Source: the human T2T-CHM13v2.0 reference genome, Homo sapiens. Taken from it: a DNA stretch of 64,000 nt. The stretch is taken from assembly GCF_009914755.1 (NCBI RefSeq), contig NC_060931.1, one strand, 5' to 3'. The notes under the pieces are model-generated. The model searched no databases and had not been told where the DNA came from. It saw nothing but the letters and a program-made list of their open reading frames with translations. Below are positions 27,914 to 41,699 of the stretch, one piece after another. Each line of letters starts with the position of its first letter. Within the stretch, counting starts at the first letter, position 1. Both the position numbers and the translations under genes were made by a program.

Positions 27914-28649
27914 AGTACAATGTAGAGCATCTGATTAAAATAAGTACATTAAAAAATTCAAACAATATTTTTGGAAGTATTTATGTTACTGTAGCCAGGG
28001 CTATTTTTGTTACCAGGTGCAGAGATCCTCATAGACTTGTTAAGGACAGAAAATGTCCTTGAACCACAGACACCATGGGAGTGATATATTCTCTTTGTCT
28101 TTTTTTCTGGACAACATGGTTTCACTTTAATTGATTTCTGGTTTGTGTGTATCTTCTCAATTGGCTTCTCCTACTGTCTCATAATTCCTAGACCTTATAA
28201 AAGTGCTGTGACATCTCTTGCTCCTTATTTTCTGGCAAACTCAGCACATATTCCTGAGATAGATATATTGTTATATCTTCACAGTTTTTCCAGGCCTTGG
28301 GTCCCTGGCCACCTAGAAATTGGCTGCATTTGTTTCATTTGCCCATTTCTGATCCCATAATCTCTGGAAAGATTTAGGGAGAAGTTAGAGATATAAGAGC
28401 CTGTGACAGAGAATATTTCTGCTGCTTCTTCATCAGTAATGGTAGAACAGAACTTATTAGAAGCAGGGAAGTTGCTGAGACAACTTTAAGTAATATAGGT
28501 TCAGCTTTTGCCAAGAAATTATTCTATTCCCTAAATGTAATGATATTTGAAGCTGGGAGCCATTTCAAATATATACCATATTTTGTATTATTGTATTTCG
28601 AATATATACCATATTATTGTGTATAACATATTTTGTATTATTCCCAATG

Positions 28650-29023
28650 GTATTCTTCACTGGGAACACGTTTCCCCGACATTTTCAGTATCTAGAGCTG
28701 TACTCCTTTCATTCCTTGGTTCACGGTCCCTTTCTCCATCTTCAGAGCCAGGAGCTTGGCATCTTCAAGTCTCTCTCCGCTTCTGTTATCATGTGGTCTG
28801 TTCTCCATTCTATAGTCTAATCTGGCTTTGCTTCCCTTTTCTAAGGACACTTCTGATTGCATTTAGAGCCCTCCTATATTATCCGGGATAATCTCACTGT
28901 CTCCATACCCTTATTTTAATCAAATCTGGAAAGCTTTCCCCCCCCCCCCCCATAGAAGGTAACATTCACATGTCCAGGGATTAGGAGCTTGATATCCTTG
29001 GGGGGCCATTATACAACCTGCCA
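28650..29023 (-). mobile_element. MLT1D/E-type LTR lacking its 3' part
   Basis: cattccttggttcacggtccctttctccatcttcagagcc...atccgggataatctc...aggtaacattcacatgtccagggattagg...ggggccattat. Confidence 0.8.
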
Positions 29024-29026
29024 TGA

Positions 29027-29331
29027 CTTTTTGTTTGGAGGGGGAGGGGAGGATAGAGCTTCACTCTTGTTGCCCTGGCTAGAGTACAGTAGCGAGATCT
29101 CAGCACACTGAAACCTCTGCCTCCCGGGTTCAAGCGATTCTCCTGCCTCAGCCTCCCGAGTAGCTGAGATTACAGGCATGCACCACCACTCCCGGCTAAT
29201 TTTGTATTTTCAGTAGAGATGGGTTTTCTCCATGTTGGTCAGACTGGTTTCGAACTCCGGACCTCAGGTGATCTGCCCGCCTTAGCCTCCCAAAGTGCTG
29301 GGATTACAGGCATGAGCCACCACGCCCGGCC
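29027..29331 (-). mobile_element. AluSp-type element
   Basis: cactcttgttgccc and tttctccatgttggtcag diagnostics; decayed TSD ATGACTTTT. Confidence 0.9.
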
Positions 29332-29351
29332 CCTATGATGACTTTTGTGCC

Positions 29352-29411
29352 TGTGTGTGTGTGTGTGTGTGTGCGTGCACGCACGCGTGTATGTGTGTGC
29401 ATGTGTGTGTG
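29352..29411. repeat. 60-bp alternating purine-pyrimidine tract (TG/CG/CA)
   Basis: Unbroken RY alternation. Confidence 0.9.
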
Positions 29412-29473
29412 ACTGTGGACTGTGAACTACATATGAAATGCAATGACAATAATACAAAATATGGTATGTATTA

Positions 29474-29767
<294 letters not shown>

Positions 29768-29904
29768 GAGAGAGAAAGAGCTACAGAGGGAACATCTTTA
29801 GTTTTTGGAAAATATCCAAGGTTTGTTCTTTTTTTTTCAAATTAGATTAAGGCCTTATAAAAGCTTCATATTGAACAAAATTCCCTGATGTATAATTAAG
29901 GGCT

Positions 29905-30043
29905 TGTCTTAGTCCATTTTGTGTTACTGTAACAGAATATCACAGACTGGGTAATTGAGAAAGAAAAAAATATATATTTTTTTACAGTGCTAAAGGCTAG
30001 GAAGTCCAAAGTCAGGGAGCCAACATCTGATGAAGGTCTTGCA
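29905..30043 (-). mobile_element. MST(C/D)-type LTR fragment
   Basis: tgtcttagtccattttgtgttactgtaacagaatatcacagactgggtaatt...ggaagtccaaagtc. Confidence 0.7.
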
Positions 30044-32709
30044 AACCAGATGGATATTTATTCCAAGTTCCTAATTCGAATTAAGTTGATAAATTTCTAG
30101 GTTTGGGTTAGCCTTTGAGCTAAGGGATTTCAATGACCACTGCATTGCTTTGGGTGCACAATGGAGTTCTTCCTTCTATACTCTTTGCTTCATCTCCAGA
30201 ATTCAAAATCTGTTTCTTATTCCAGGAAGACTGTCTACAGTCTGAAAAACATTTGCTGTGGAATGAAATGTCTATTACATTTTCATTCCTATTTCATCAA
30301 ATTATTTTTCCCTCAGCAACTAGGCAACATCCCCTGAGCATGTGTGACCACTGGTTAGAGACAAATTACTGCAAGTGGTCACCTACTGGAAAACTGAAGG
30401 TTACCATAAAGGATCAGTGGGAAAGCTTGTGTATGGCATAATGTTAATTTATTTTATACATCACAGGATTCAGCTTCTGAGCAGTAATAGATTTTATTAC
30501 TCTTATTATAATGCATATTTAGAAGCTGAAAGAGAAAAGCTGATGATGCCTACTAGTATTTTGTACTTGTTTAATATGTTGTAAAAGCTATGAATCTAAA
30601 TTACATATAATGATGCTATTAATGTGTTGTCCATCATGAATATAGTTATACACCTGACTTTCAAAGTTGTTTTAGTAATCTGGATGGTGATTTTGCACTA
30701 ACTTTGTACTATCTCTGGTCCGATAATGAATTCCTTTTGTGACCAATGGAGCATAGTTGTGGCATGGTGAATTAAGATTTTGCTACAGCCTGTCACTGAT
30801 GCAAGAGCAAAGTTAGAGGTCACAAATAGAAATTGATAAAAAGATATGATTTTAATAACAAAAAATTACAACAAATGAAACAATCACAGATGCAGGGGCA
30901 AAATCATGATACAGTGATTCCTATTATTCCTAGAGGACATTCAGAAATAATAGAAATTGTTGTTTTCCTTTTTTTGATAGATGTTGTTAATAATAATCGC
31001 TGCAATATTCAAACTTTTTCAACTATAAGAGCAAGGATTAACCCTGAGATGTTAAAATATAGGGATATTGAAGGCATAAATTAAAGTTTAAAAATGGAAA
31101 TACTTTTATAAAAGAGTTGTTCAACAATTTTGGCTACATAAACTAGAGCGTTACAGAGTAATATATGGAATTTTTTTAAAATAGTAAATTAAGCAAACTG
31201 AAATACTCCATTATGAAAGCCTTGCTGGAAAAAAAAATAGTGGTGTTTGACTTGAATTTCAGCTTTTTTCCAATGGAATAAAATAGATCGTTCAGGAAGG
31301 TTTTTTAATGGAAAAGATAATTATATCTTAAAAGTAAGAGAACATGTTTGCAACTCAAAAGACCTAAGGCAGATGAAAAAGTAGAAGCTTAAATCTGACA
31401 AAATGGAAGATTAAGTAGAAGTTTAGAATGAAAGACATACTTCTCTTTTCATTACAGTTATTTTTCTTACTTTATGGTACCCAGACTTAATTGATACAAA
31501 TGCCAGGTTTTGTTTGTTTGTTTGCTTTCCCTTCAACAAATGTAATATATGGCTATCACTGGTTGAAGAGTTTCATTGTTCTCTTTGTTGTACTATCACG
31601 CCCAGTGTAGCTTTACTTTACTCGGAGAAACCTCAACTGATTTTTCAGGAATGCTTAGTCAGTGATAATACCCACACTAAATTTTAATTCACTTTTGAAA
31701 ACTTTCTCAAATGATCTCATGACGTTTTCCCTAGTCATTTCTGGTAATTGTAGAAGAAGGCATCACAATTCAATTCTTACAATAGTGCCTGTTAGCATCT
31801 TCTGCTTTTGTGGATCTCAGCTTATCTATGACAAACTATGTTATTACAGAGTTGTAACATGACTGTCATTTAGCAAACCGCAGGGAGGAAACTTAAAATA
31901 CATTTTTATAAAATATATTTAACTAAATTGTGTTGGTTGACATTACACATAGGGTAACAGCACAAATTTTTAGTGGTAAAATAGTCATGCAGGTATCACT
32001 TTTGCAATTACTAGTGTATCCACTTTCTACATAGGAGACAGATAATTGCTGAAATGAACTAGAAGGCTTGCCTTCATGACATCTTCATTATTTGGGCTTT
32101 ATATTTAACTATTCAAGAGACAGCTTGAATTAGTAAATTGTATATTATTCTAGAGTAAAAGTCCTTATTCTTTAAGATAACTGTGTATATTCACTTTTTT
32201 GTTGCATCAACACTGATTTGCAATAAATACAGAAATGCAGTAGTTCTATGTATTTACAGGATGTTTCAGGAGACGTAGAGACCACAAATGTTCTGTGAGA
32301 GAAACACACAGGACTCCCACCTAGTCATCCTTAGAGTGCTGGTTATACTCCGCCTCTGTGGTATAGGATTATCGAGACATCCTGCCCCTCAAAGCTCATT
32401 TAGGCCATATTTGCCAGCATAGATATACAATCTCCTTTCAAATGCCTAGAAACCACACACAAAGTGCATTTCATTTAATTGATTCACAAATAATACATAA
32501 TTTTCTTTTCTTCTCACCTGACCTGCATGCATGTAAAATTTTGAAGCAAATTGGCTATTAACAAATTGGAGTAATAAACATTGTGTAGTCAACTGTGTAG
32601 GGAAGGGATATTTCTAGACACCTGTGGGTGTGTGAGATTATTTCTTCAGATATTTTACATTGGTGATAACAGTAATAATAATAATAATCATAACAGTGAT
32701 GTTTACTAT

Positions 32710-32925
32710 TTTTGTTGAGTGTAATCTGCAGAGGACAGCATGATATTATACTCTTTTCCAAGAATTATCTCCTTTAATCACCATAGCAGTAGGAGATAGG
32801 TACTGTTTTCTCTATTCTACAAATAGAAAATGAAACACACACAGCTTGAGTGAATTTCCCCATGCTACCCAGCCAGAAAGTAGCACAGGTAGACCTTGAA
32901 TCCTGAATCTGGATTCAGACAATGG
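32710..32925 (-). mobile_element. MIR
   Basis: gagataggtactgttttctctattctacaaatagaaaatgaaacac...gagtgaatttccccatgctacccagc. Confidence 0.65.
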
Positions 32926-33622
32926 ACTGCAACTGGAGTATACTGAATGACAGTACTGTCATTTGTTTTTCAGGTTACACTGCCATATTTTCAAAGAATT
33001 GCTAATGTGTTTTAGATAATTTTTAAAGTGCAAAATACAAAATATGTCACATTTGCTGGCTAAGTGGACTGTCAGTCATAGGTGGACTTTGCAAGTACTG
33101 ATAAGGAATGAGATTGCAGAGGCAATAAATGCAAATCCCAGGGACATCACACAAGATACAGTATGCAGTTGCATTTCCTTCTGCTTCTGTTTAAAAATTA
33201 TTTTATGGTACCAAATACTGCAGGGATAACGAAGTCAAGATATGAAGACTGGCTGACTTCCTGGCAGATTTATCCTAAAGAAAAATTGAAACTGAGATGA
33301 CAGTTGATGAAATATGCAACGTGTGATATATCGGTCTTACTCTAAATTCTAGAATTACTTTTTCCATTTATTTTGTCAGCATTCAGAGCTCTCAACAAAC
33401 TCAAAACTTAACCTAGGACACTTAAAAAATAACAGAGTTGAAATATAAGAGTACACACACATGCTATCATGGGAACATCACAGCAAAGTTGCTGCTTAGA
33501 CATTAGAAGTAGAACACCACACCAAAAAGGCCGAAGCTGGTAGTGAGATAACAGCTTAGAGGCTTCTCTCTTATTTACCAGACTGGGCTCCCAGCTTCTC
33601 CCTCCATTTCCTTTAAATGAAC

Positions 33623-33973
33623 TGATATGGTTTGGCTGTGTCCCCACTCAAATCTCACCTTGAACTGTAATAATTCCATGTGTCAAGGGCAGGTGGAGAT
33701 AACTGAATCATGGAGGTGGTTTCCTCCATACTGTTCTCATGATAGTGAATAAGTCTCAAGAGAGCTAATGGTTTTATAAATGCATTTTCCCCTGCACAAG
33801 CTCTCTTGCCTGCCACCATGTAACATATGACTTTGCTCCTCATTCACCTTCCACCATGATTGTGAGACCTCCCTAGCCGCGTGGAACTGTGAGTCAATTA
33901 AACCTCTTTCCTTTATAAATTACCCAGTCTCAGGTATATCCTTATTAGCAGTGTGAGAGCCATGACTAATACA
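33623..33973 (+). mobile_element. THE1B/C solo LTR
   Basis: TGATATGGTTTGGCTGTGTCCCC...GACTAATACA; TSD TGAAC/TGGAC. Confidence 0.92.
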
Positions 33974-34056
33974 TGGACCACTGAGGCATTTGCCTGGGAG
34001 CTTAAAGTGACTCACAGCCTATTCTCTTACATATACTACTAGTTGCCACACTTGTA

Positions 34057-34067
34057 CTCTCTCTGTC

Positions 34068-34100
<33 letters not shown>
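34057..34100. repeat. (CT)n microsatellite
   Basis: Direct CT run. Confidence 0.9.
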
Positions 34101-34104
<4 letters not shown>

Positions 34105-35762
34105 GACTCTTCATTCTTGCCTCATGTGACTCAGGGACAGTGGGCTGCCCTCCCAGCTCATTGCACCCTGCCCAGAATCTGTAAGTAAAAATCTTTGAGC
34201 CTATTTCCTATTGTGGTGCTATATAACCAGTTTGTGTCTTCCCCCTGAAGAATCTAAGGCCAAGTTTTCCCCAGAATGCCAAAGAGAACACAAGGTTCAG
34301 GGACAAGGCAATGGTTATGGCATAAAGTGGGCATAGGTTAGACAAGAGCCACAAGACAATACAGTTGTCTTCCAATATAAACTATTTTCCTGTTGAGAGC
34401 CACCTTGTCATGGGTCAGACAATTAGGTATCAGTCTGCCCAGCAGGTAACAGAAGTATCCTGGGGAAGGCACATTGTATCCACCTATGTCCCACTCTTCT
34501 TGCTAGCCACTCCGGTGCTGGAACTCCAGTTTAGCTGGGGGCTCTTGAAACACACTATCACTACATTTCTCAGGTACAGTAGCTAAAACGTAGCGAATTG
34601 GGGCTGTGTTTCTATTTTTTCATCTACTTTCTCTTCTTCTACATCTTTTTATCTTTTTTCAGTTGTACTGTTCTATTTTTCTTCATCCCTTTTTTTACCT
34701 TCTCTTCTTTTGCTGCTAGACCATAGATTGCAGATACTGAGAACTAAATTTTGATGCAACTGAGAGACATACAGGAGCAGCTGAAATAGTTCTAGCTAGA
34801 GTTTAAATCAGAAAGAAAGAAGGTGTCTTAATAGTTTTGAAGGATCCTTTGTGTTTCTTTGAACTTGGGAAAGACCTATCAAGTTAACAGAATACAGGAA
34901 GAAAGGAGTATCAGAATTTTAATCTTGAATATCCCATTTATAATAGCCATGTATCTTTCTCATTGACTGTTTCCTCATCTGCAATTAATACTCCATAGCA
35001 ATGTCATAATTACTAAATTGAGTGAGGTGTATCAGTTCTCTGATTCAGTTCATGCTTCTTTAAAAACAAATCATATTTCCCCTTGCCTTACCATTAAAAC
35101 AAATCCAGAAGTTAGCAAGTTGGGAGGTTTAAATTTAAGTAGGTCTAATCATCTGTAATTGTTGTTATGAGAAGAAAATGTATGTTTCTTTTCTCTTAAA
35201 AAGTCACCTATACATATTTTAATAATTAGGACAATACATCCCTCAATTGATTTTGGTTATTTTTGTTTTGTAAGGAAGAGTCTTTCCAAAGGAGTTTCAA
35301 AATCTAGTTTCATTGCAGAATGGGGCAATTTTCACAACTTGTTGGATCCCACGCAATGTTGTAGCTTGGGTTATATTAATCTTTCCTTACCAGCAGGGAT
35401 TTTCCCACCAGAACAGTGCGTGGTTTCTTTCCCACTATAAGGACTGGTTGATTATTGTTTTAGCTGCAACCAGAGCTGGAAATTTGGGCAGCAAAGTGTT
35501 TTATACACTTAGCCTGTCCCAATCAAGCAAGTGTGGTTAATTAGTTATTTCTCTATATCTGAAATATCTTCTATTAAGCTAAAGTAGTCCTAAATATTCT
35601 ACAAACATGACTTAACATGTCTTGCATATTGCTTTTCAGACTTAGTAACCAGCAGATACATAAAAATTAAAACCTTTTGAATAACTCTAGGCATACAGTA
35701 TTACAATAAATCATCCAATAGCTATTGAGGAACATCATATTGTTATGTTAGAGTTTACATAT

Positions 35763-36135
35763 TGATATGGTTTTCCTCTGTGTCCCTACCCAAATCTCAT
35801 CTGGAATTGTAAACCCCATAATACCCATGTTTTGAGGAAGGGACTTGGTGGAAGGTGATTGGATCATGGGGACAGTTTCCCCCATGCTGTTCTTGTGGTA
35901 GTGAGTGAGTTATCACAAAATCTGATGGCTTTATAAGTGTTTGACAGTTCCTCCTTCAGACTATCTCTCTCGCCTTCCACCTGGAAGGCCATGCCTGCTT
36001 CCCCTTCTGCCATGATTGTAAGTTTCCTGAGGCCTCTCCAGCCATGAAGAACTGTGAATCAATTAAACCTCTTTTTAAAATAAATTACCCAGTCCCAGTC
36101 AGTTCTTTATAGCAGTGTGAGAACAAACTGATACA
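35763..36135 (+). mobile_element. THE1D solo LTR
   Basis: aagtgtttgacagttcctcc and gattgtaagtttcctgaggcc diagnostics; perfect TSD CATAT. Confidence 0.92.
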
Positions 36136-36904
36136 CATATCAACTTTAAATAATCATTCGGCTCATCTCTATAAGCTACAGTTCCATCTGCCAATGTTTG
36201 TTGCTATCTACTTATTTTAATTTATAGTTTTAATGGGATGAAATTAAAAAGTAGAATATTATGCAGACATTAAAATGGTTGTAATGGCCAGTAAGTAATG
36301 GCATGGAAAAAATCTTTGATTTAAAGTGGTAATGTAGAAAGAATACATTTTTATAAACGTACAGCATTTACTATGAAAGATGTATACACAGGTAAAAACC
36401 AAGAGAGAATTTTAAAATGCTAATATAAGTTTTTAATGCATGGCAATTTAATCTGTTGGTACCTTTCAAAATATATTTAGCATTTTCTTTAATGTGCTTT
36501 CTTTGCTTCAAAAATAAATATACTAAATTTGAGGAATTTCTTACATTTCTGTGTATTTGATCTGAAAATAGTGAATTTTGCTTGTAAACCTGTCTATAAA
36601 TTAAGAGGGCATAGGCTTTGAATGACAGCCCAGAGGATTTCCATTGAGCTGGGTGCATGGATTTAAGGTAATATATTTTGAGTCCAGTATTTTTGTTGTC
36701 AGAACTTTTTAAACTTCTATTTGTTTACCAAGCGGGAGTCTGGATAACTGAGCTTTTAGGCAAATTGCATTCAATTTATATTCTTAGATGTTTCTTGACA
36801 TGATGATTAGAATAACAGCAATATAAAAATAAGACACATTAGGAAGTAATGACACAAATTCACTTGGGCTTATTAGGAGGGTCTCTCCGTAGAAGATTTT
36901 CCAT

Positions 36905-36992
36905 GTATGTTTCCACATAAAGTCACATCTGAGGCACTGTGGATCAGGATTTCAACATATCTTCTTTGGGGACACAATTCAATCGATAATAC
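36905..36992 (-). mobile_element. MLT1A/B/C 5' fragment
   Basis: aagtcacatctgaggcactgtggatcaggatttcaacatatcttctttggggacacaattcaa. Confidence 0.65.
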
Positions 36993-38027
36993 TTTAGAAA
37001 GTAAAAGACGTAGTAAGAGGAAATTTTAAAAACACTTATATTTTGTTTACTGCAAAATAGAGATGAACCAAAAGTGAAGTGAGAGTTTGAGCATGTATGG
37101 TTTAGATTACAGCAGACAACACTCCCACCACCCTCATAAAGAAGTGCCTTCCCGTGCTAATAATATTATGATGGAGGAAGGGGGGAAACTACGTTCAAGG
37201 AAAAATGACGCATTGTAGGAAGATCTGAGATGAGTGTAAAATGGTTTAGGTCATAGGCCAAGAAGGAAGACAGGAGGGGAAGAACTTTGTATGCCCCAAA
37301 GTATTAGACAGCCTGTGGGCGTAAGATCTTGTAGCCCACTGTTGTCCTAGTACTTTTCTCTGTGATGTTGGAATTTTCTAATTTTTGTCAGTATTGTTTC
37401 CAGGAGACAGAAAAGTGGCCAAAACTAATTTTTCTGATACCTATGTAAGTTGTCTTGGGATCAGTGTGGTTGTAAAACTTTGGCTTGGACTGGTCTTCCT
37501 GGCATTAATATTCCTGGTTTGCCAGGGTTTGCTAGGCCTATCCAAAGGGCATTAAGAGTATTCAGTAGAACTGTGATCCAGTAAACACAGTTCAGTGGAA
37601 CTTCAATTGGTGTATCAGCTAAAAATAAATTATTATTTATAAGGATGTAAGTATTTTTAACATTTTCTATATAACATCTTATATTTCAACACTGGAGACA
37701 TTGATTATGGTTATGAAGACTTTAATATGACTAAGAAGCATAAAAGTATCTGGTAGAATAGTTGAATGTCACAGGGTAAATAAAAAGGTGCAAATAGATC
37801 AGTAGGAAATTTCTCTTCTTATAAATTTGATTTAATGTTTTATAGATGATCAACTCTTAAGCTCTAATATTTTTGCCTATATTATTAAGAAGTAAAGAAA
37901 ATGGTACTCTGCCATGCTAGAAAGAGTTTTAACATATAATGTGTGAATAATGTGGAGATTATTAAACATAGAATTTAATAAGAAAATATTTATTTGCCAA
38001 ACTTAAAAGGCTATATAGCATTTTTAA

Positions 38028-38491
<464 letters not shown>

Positions 38492-38496
38492 CCAGC

Positions 38497-38785
38497 TTTT
38501 TATTTTTGAGAAAGAATTGCTCTGTCTTGCAGGGTAAAGTCTGGTGGTGTAATCATAGCTCACCATAACCCTAAACTCCTGGACTTGAGATCCTCCTGCC
38601 TCAGCCTCCTAAGTAGCTAGGACTACAGGAGTGTGCCACCATGCCTGGCTAATTTTAAAATGTTTTGCAGAGACAGAGTCTTGCTGTGTTGCCCAGGTTG
38701 TTCTCAAACTCCTTTGGTCAAGCAATCTTCCCGCCTCAGCCTCCTGAAGTACTGGGATTACAAGTGCAAGCCACTATGGTTGGCC
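38497..38785 (-). mobile_element. AluJ
   Basis: atcatagctcacc and gtcttgctgtgttgcccagg; diverged. Confidence 0.85.
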
Positions 38786-38789
38786 CTTT

Positions 38790-39305
38790 CCAGCTTTATT
38801 GAGGTATAACTGGTATATGAAAAATTGCATATAACTAATGTATACAATTTGGTGAGTTTGGACACATATATATACAGTCGTGTTCCAGTCACAATAGTTG
38901 AGGTAATAAACATACCTATTACCTCCAAAAGTTTCCTTTTCTTCCTTTTTTGTGTTTTTTGGTTGTTGTTTTGTTTTGTGGCAAGAACATTTAGCATGAG
39001 ATCTACCCTCTTAATAAAAAAACAGTGCTAGTTCAATTTATACAATACCGTATTGTTAACTATAGGCACTATGTGATACAGTAGATCTCTGGCATTTTCT
39101 CTTGTGTAGTGTGTCATTACATCAATTGAACAACTCCCCATATTTTCACCTAACTTCATCTCCTAGTGTCCACCATTCTGTTGTCTAACTTCTGTATATT
39201 TGGCTAGATGCCTCATGTAAGAGCAGCCATGAAATATGTCTTTCTTTGACTGACTGACTTTTAGCATAACTTCTTTCAGGTTTATCCATGTTCTTACAAA
39301 TGATC
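38790..39305 (-). mobile_element. L1MA9/10-type 3' end
   Basis: cagctttattgaggtataactgg...catacctattacctccaaaagtttcc...atgagatctaccctctt. Confidence 0.8.
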
Positions 39306-40239
39306 ACCTTAAATTAAAAAAAAAAAATGCTAAAACAACAATCACAGAAAAAGAAAGTTAATACATCAAATTACTGCCAAAATTATTTTAACATCACCCT
39401 TTCCAGAGGCAAAGCTTGTTCAGAATCATCCAGTGGGGAATATTTTCCCACAAAATTTAACTTGGAAAGATCCAGCCTAAAATAACTCTATTTTAAACGT
39501 TATTTCAACATATTTTAACGAAGCCCTATGAATTATGAAAATAGCCTTCTGATAATACTAATAATATGCCTGAATAAGACCTTGTAACTTGTTGCTTGCT
39601 AAACAACTTCTTTTCAGATGCTTCACAATTGATATTTGATATAGGTGAAGCAGAAATCATCTCGAGGAAATAGCACTGAACAGTAATGCCCTGAAACACA
39701 GCATTTGTTGTCTCCAAGCCACTGTTAAGGTCAGGACTGGAATAAAGAAAATCACAATGTATCATGAAATCTCAGGTTTGGTTCTACATAATTTTCGGCC
39801 TGCTTTTGAATTTTTTTTGTTTCAGCTAAGCTTTCTGGCCCCCAGATCTGCACCTGACCTTTACCACCTCCTCATCATCCACTCTGGTCTGCATCCTCTT
39901 GACCGCGTCTGAGTCTCCTTTGGGGCTGGATGTCTGCTTCAGCATTAGGAAATGGACACATCTATAGAATCTCTCATGGCAACACACCAAGTAATTTTCT
40001 GGGCAATTTTATACTTTTATAAGAATGAAAGATGTTTTGATTCCAAAACATTCTGTCCTGTTCTCTAATCATTTTAGTCTTTTAAAGCATATTGTCTTGG
40101 AATGGTTAAGATGTTTTGCTCATCAATTTCTTTGTAGCCCAACAATTTATAACAGTGTTTCTAAATTTCCAGAAAAATGCTATTGTATTCTTTCTTTTCT
40201 GCAGTTCCTCACGATTGTCACAGAGCCTGTGTTAGGGAA

Positions 40240-40418
40240 TTTAGTCAGAGATTGTCACACAGGATTTACTTTAGAATCACCTGGGAAACTTTCAAAAATT
40301 CCAGAGGCCTGGTATCACTCCCAGAAATATGATGTAATTGGTCAGCACAGACTTAGACATCAATAATTTTTAAAGATCCCAGGTGATTCTACCATGCAGA
40401 CAGAGATGAGAAACACTG
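40240..40418. mobile_element. MER5 (A/B) hAT MITE
   Basis: ttagaatcacctggg ... cccaggtgattct internal inverted repeats; ends gagaaacactg. Confidence 0.75.
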
Positions 40419-40639
40419 AATTAGATCATTTCCAGAAGCCACAGAATAAAATGTAAACTCTTCTTCCATTCTTTAGGTATTGTAAACTTCGTCCTTTCAA
40501 CAAGTTATATTACTAAAAATCGACAAACTGAACTCACATGAATGTGTACTTACAGAGTCGTGGCTCCTGATTCTATTTAAGGTATGTTAAAGTAAAAGCA
40601 GTTAGAATATGGAATATTTTTTTCCCTTGACTATGCCAA

Positions 40640-41165
40640 AGAAATATTGGTGAGGAATGTTGTGGCTTATTTTTTGTTCTTTCTACATTTTATTTTGTAA
40701 AAATTTAAATATTTAATCATGCTCTTCAGTCCTTTACCCATTTTAAGTCTTTTAGTAAGGTTTTATAACTTTAAACATACAGATACTGCATATTATGTAT
40801 TAGGTTTATTTTAACATTTAACAGAGATTTGTGACTGACTATTATGAGTATGAATATATACTAAATTATTACAAATTCTAATCAGTTACGCTGATGTGGA
40901 ATATTTTCAAGTGTTGATCTTGTACCCAGTTATCTTATCCAATAATCTATACTTTCAGTGAGCTCTAATTGATTTCTTGTAAGATAATATTATAAAATGA
41001 CAAATTTGTAACCCTTCCAAGTCACTGATTTCCAATATTTATATCTCCTTTTATTTTTAATTTTTCTTGTTCTTCAAAACTGTTTAAGACTTGGCGTATA
41101 TTTTAAATAAATATGGTGATAATGAATGGAGAGATTATTGTTGGTAACTATTCATCTGTTCTCTC
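40640..41165 (-). mobile_element. Decayed L1M ORF2 fragment
   Basis: gttgatcttgtacccag...aaataaatatggtgataatg. Confidence 0.5.
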
Positions 41166-41574
41166 TTTTATTTTATTTATTTACTTTTATTTTCTTTCTT
41201 TCTTTCTTTCTTTTTTTTTTTTTAAGACAAAGTCTCACTCTTTTGCCCAGACTAGAGTGCGGTGGTGCACTCATAGCTTAATGCAACCTCCACCTTCTGT
41301 GCTTAACTGCTCCTCCCAAGCATGCGCCACCATACTCGGCTAATTCTTTCTTTCTTTCTTTCTTTTCTGCTCTTTCTTTCTTTCTCTCTTTCTTCTTTTC
41401 TTTTCTTTTCTTTTTTTTCTTTTCTTTTCTTTTTTTTCTTTTCTTTGGAAAGATGGGGTTTTGCCACATTGCCCAGGTTGGTCTCCAACTCCTGAGCCTG
41501 AACTCAAGTAATCCGCTCACCTCTGCCTCCCAAAGTGTTGAAGAGATTACAGTTGTGAGCCACTGAGCCTTGCC
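41166..41574 (-). mobile_element. AluJ with expanded (CTTT/CTTTT)n linker
   Basis: Two Alu arms separated by a ~100-bp pyrimidine tract at 41344-41446. Confidence 0.85.
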
Positions 41575-41699
41575 TGTTTCCTCTTTTAATCAATGACTTG
41601 ATTTTTAAAATGAGAAAATTCAAAATTCTCCAAATATCTCATTTGCGTTAAGGGCAACTGACCTAAATTCCACTTTGAAGTTTCAAATTTTATTGTTCA

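Larger units (their letters stand above)
33430..34552 (+). mobile_element. ERVL-class LTR (MER54/MER73/74-like), interrupted by THE1
   Basis: LTR-like composition with AGTAAA signal; ends ...ggaactccagtttagctgggggctcttgaaaCA; family and left boundary uncertain. Confidence 0.5.

Noticed and set aside
41278-41520. Lys/Arg/Glu-rich ORFs
   Set aside because: Translation of the Alu linker microsatellite.
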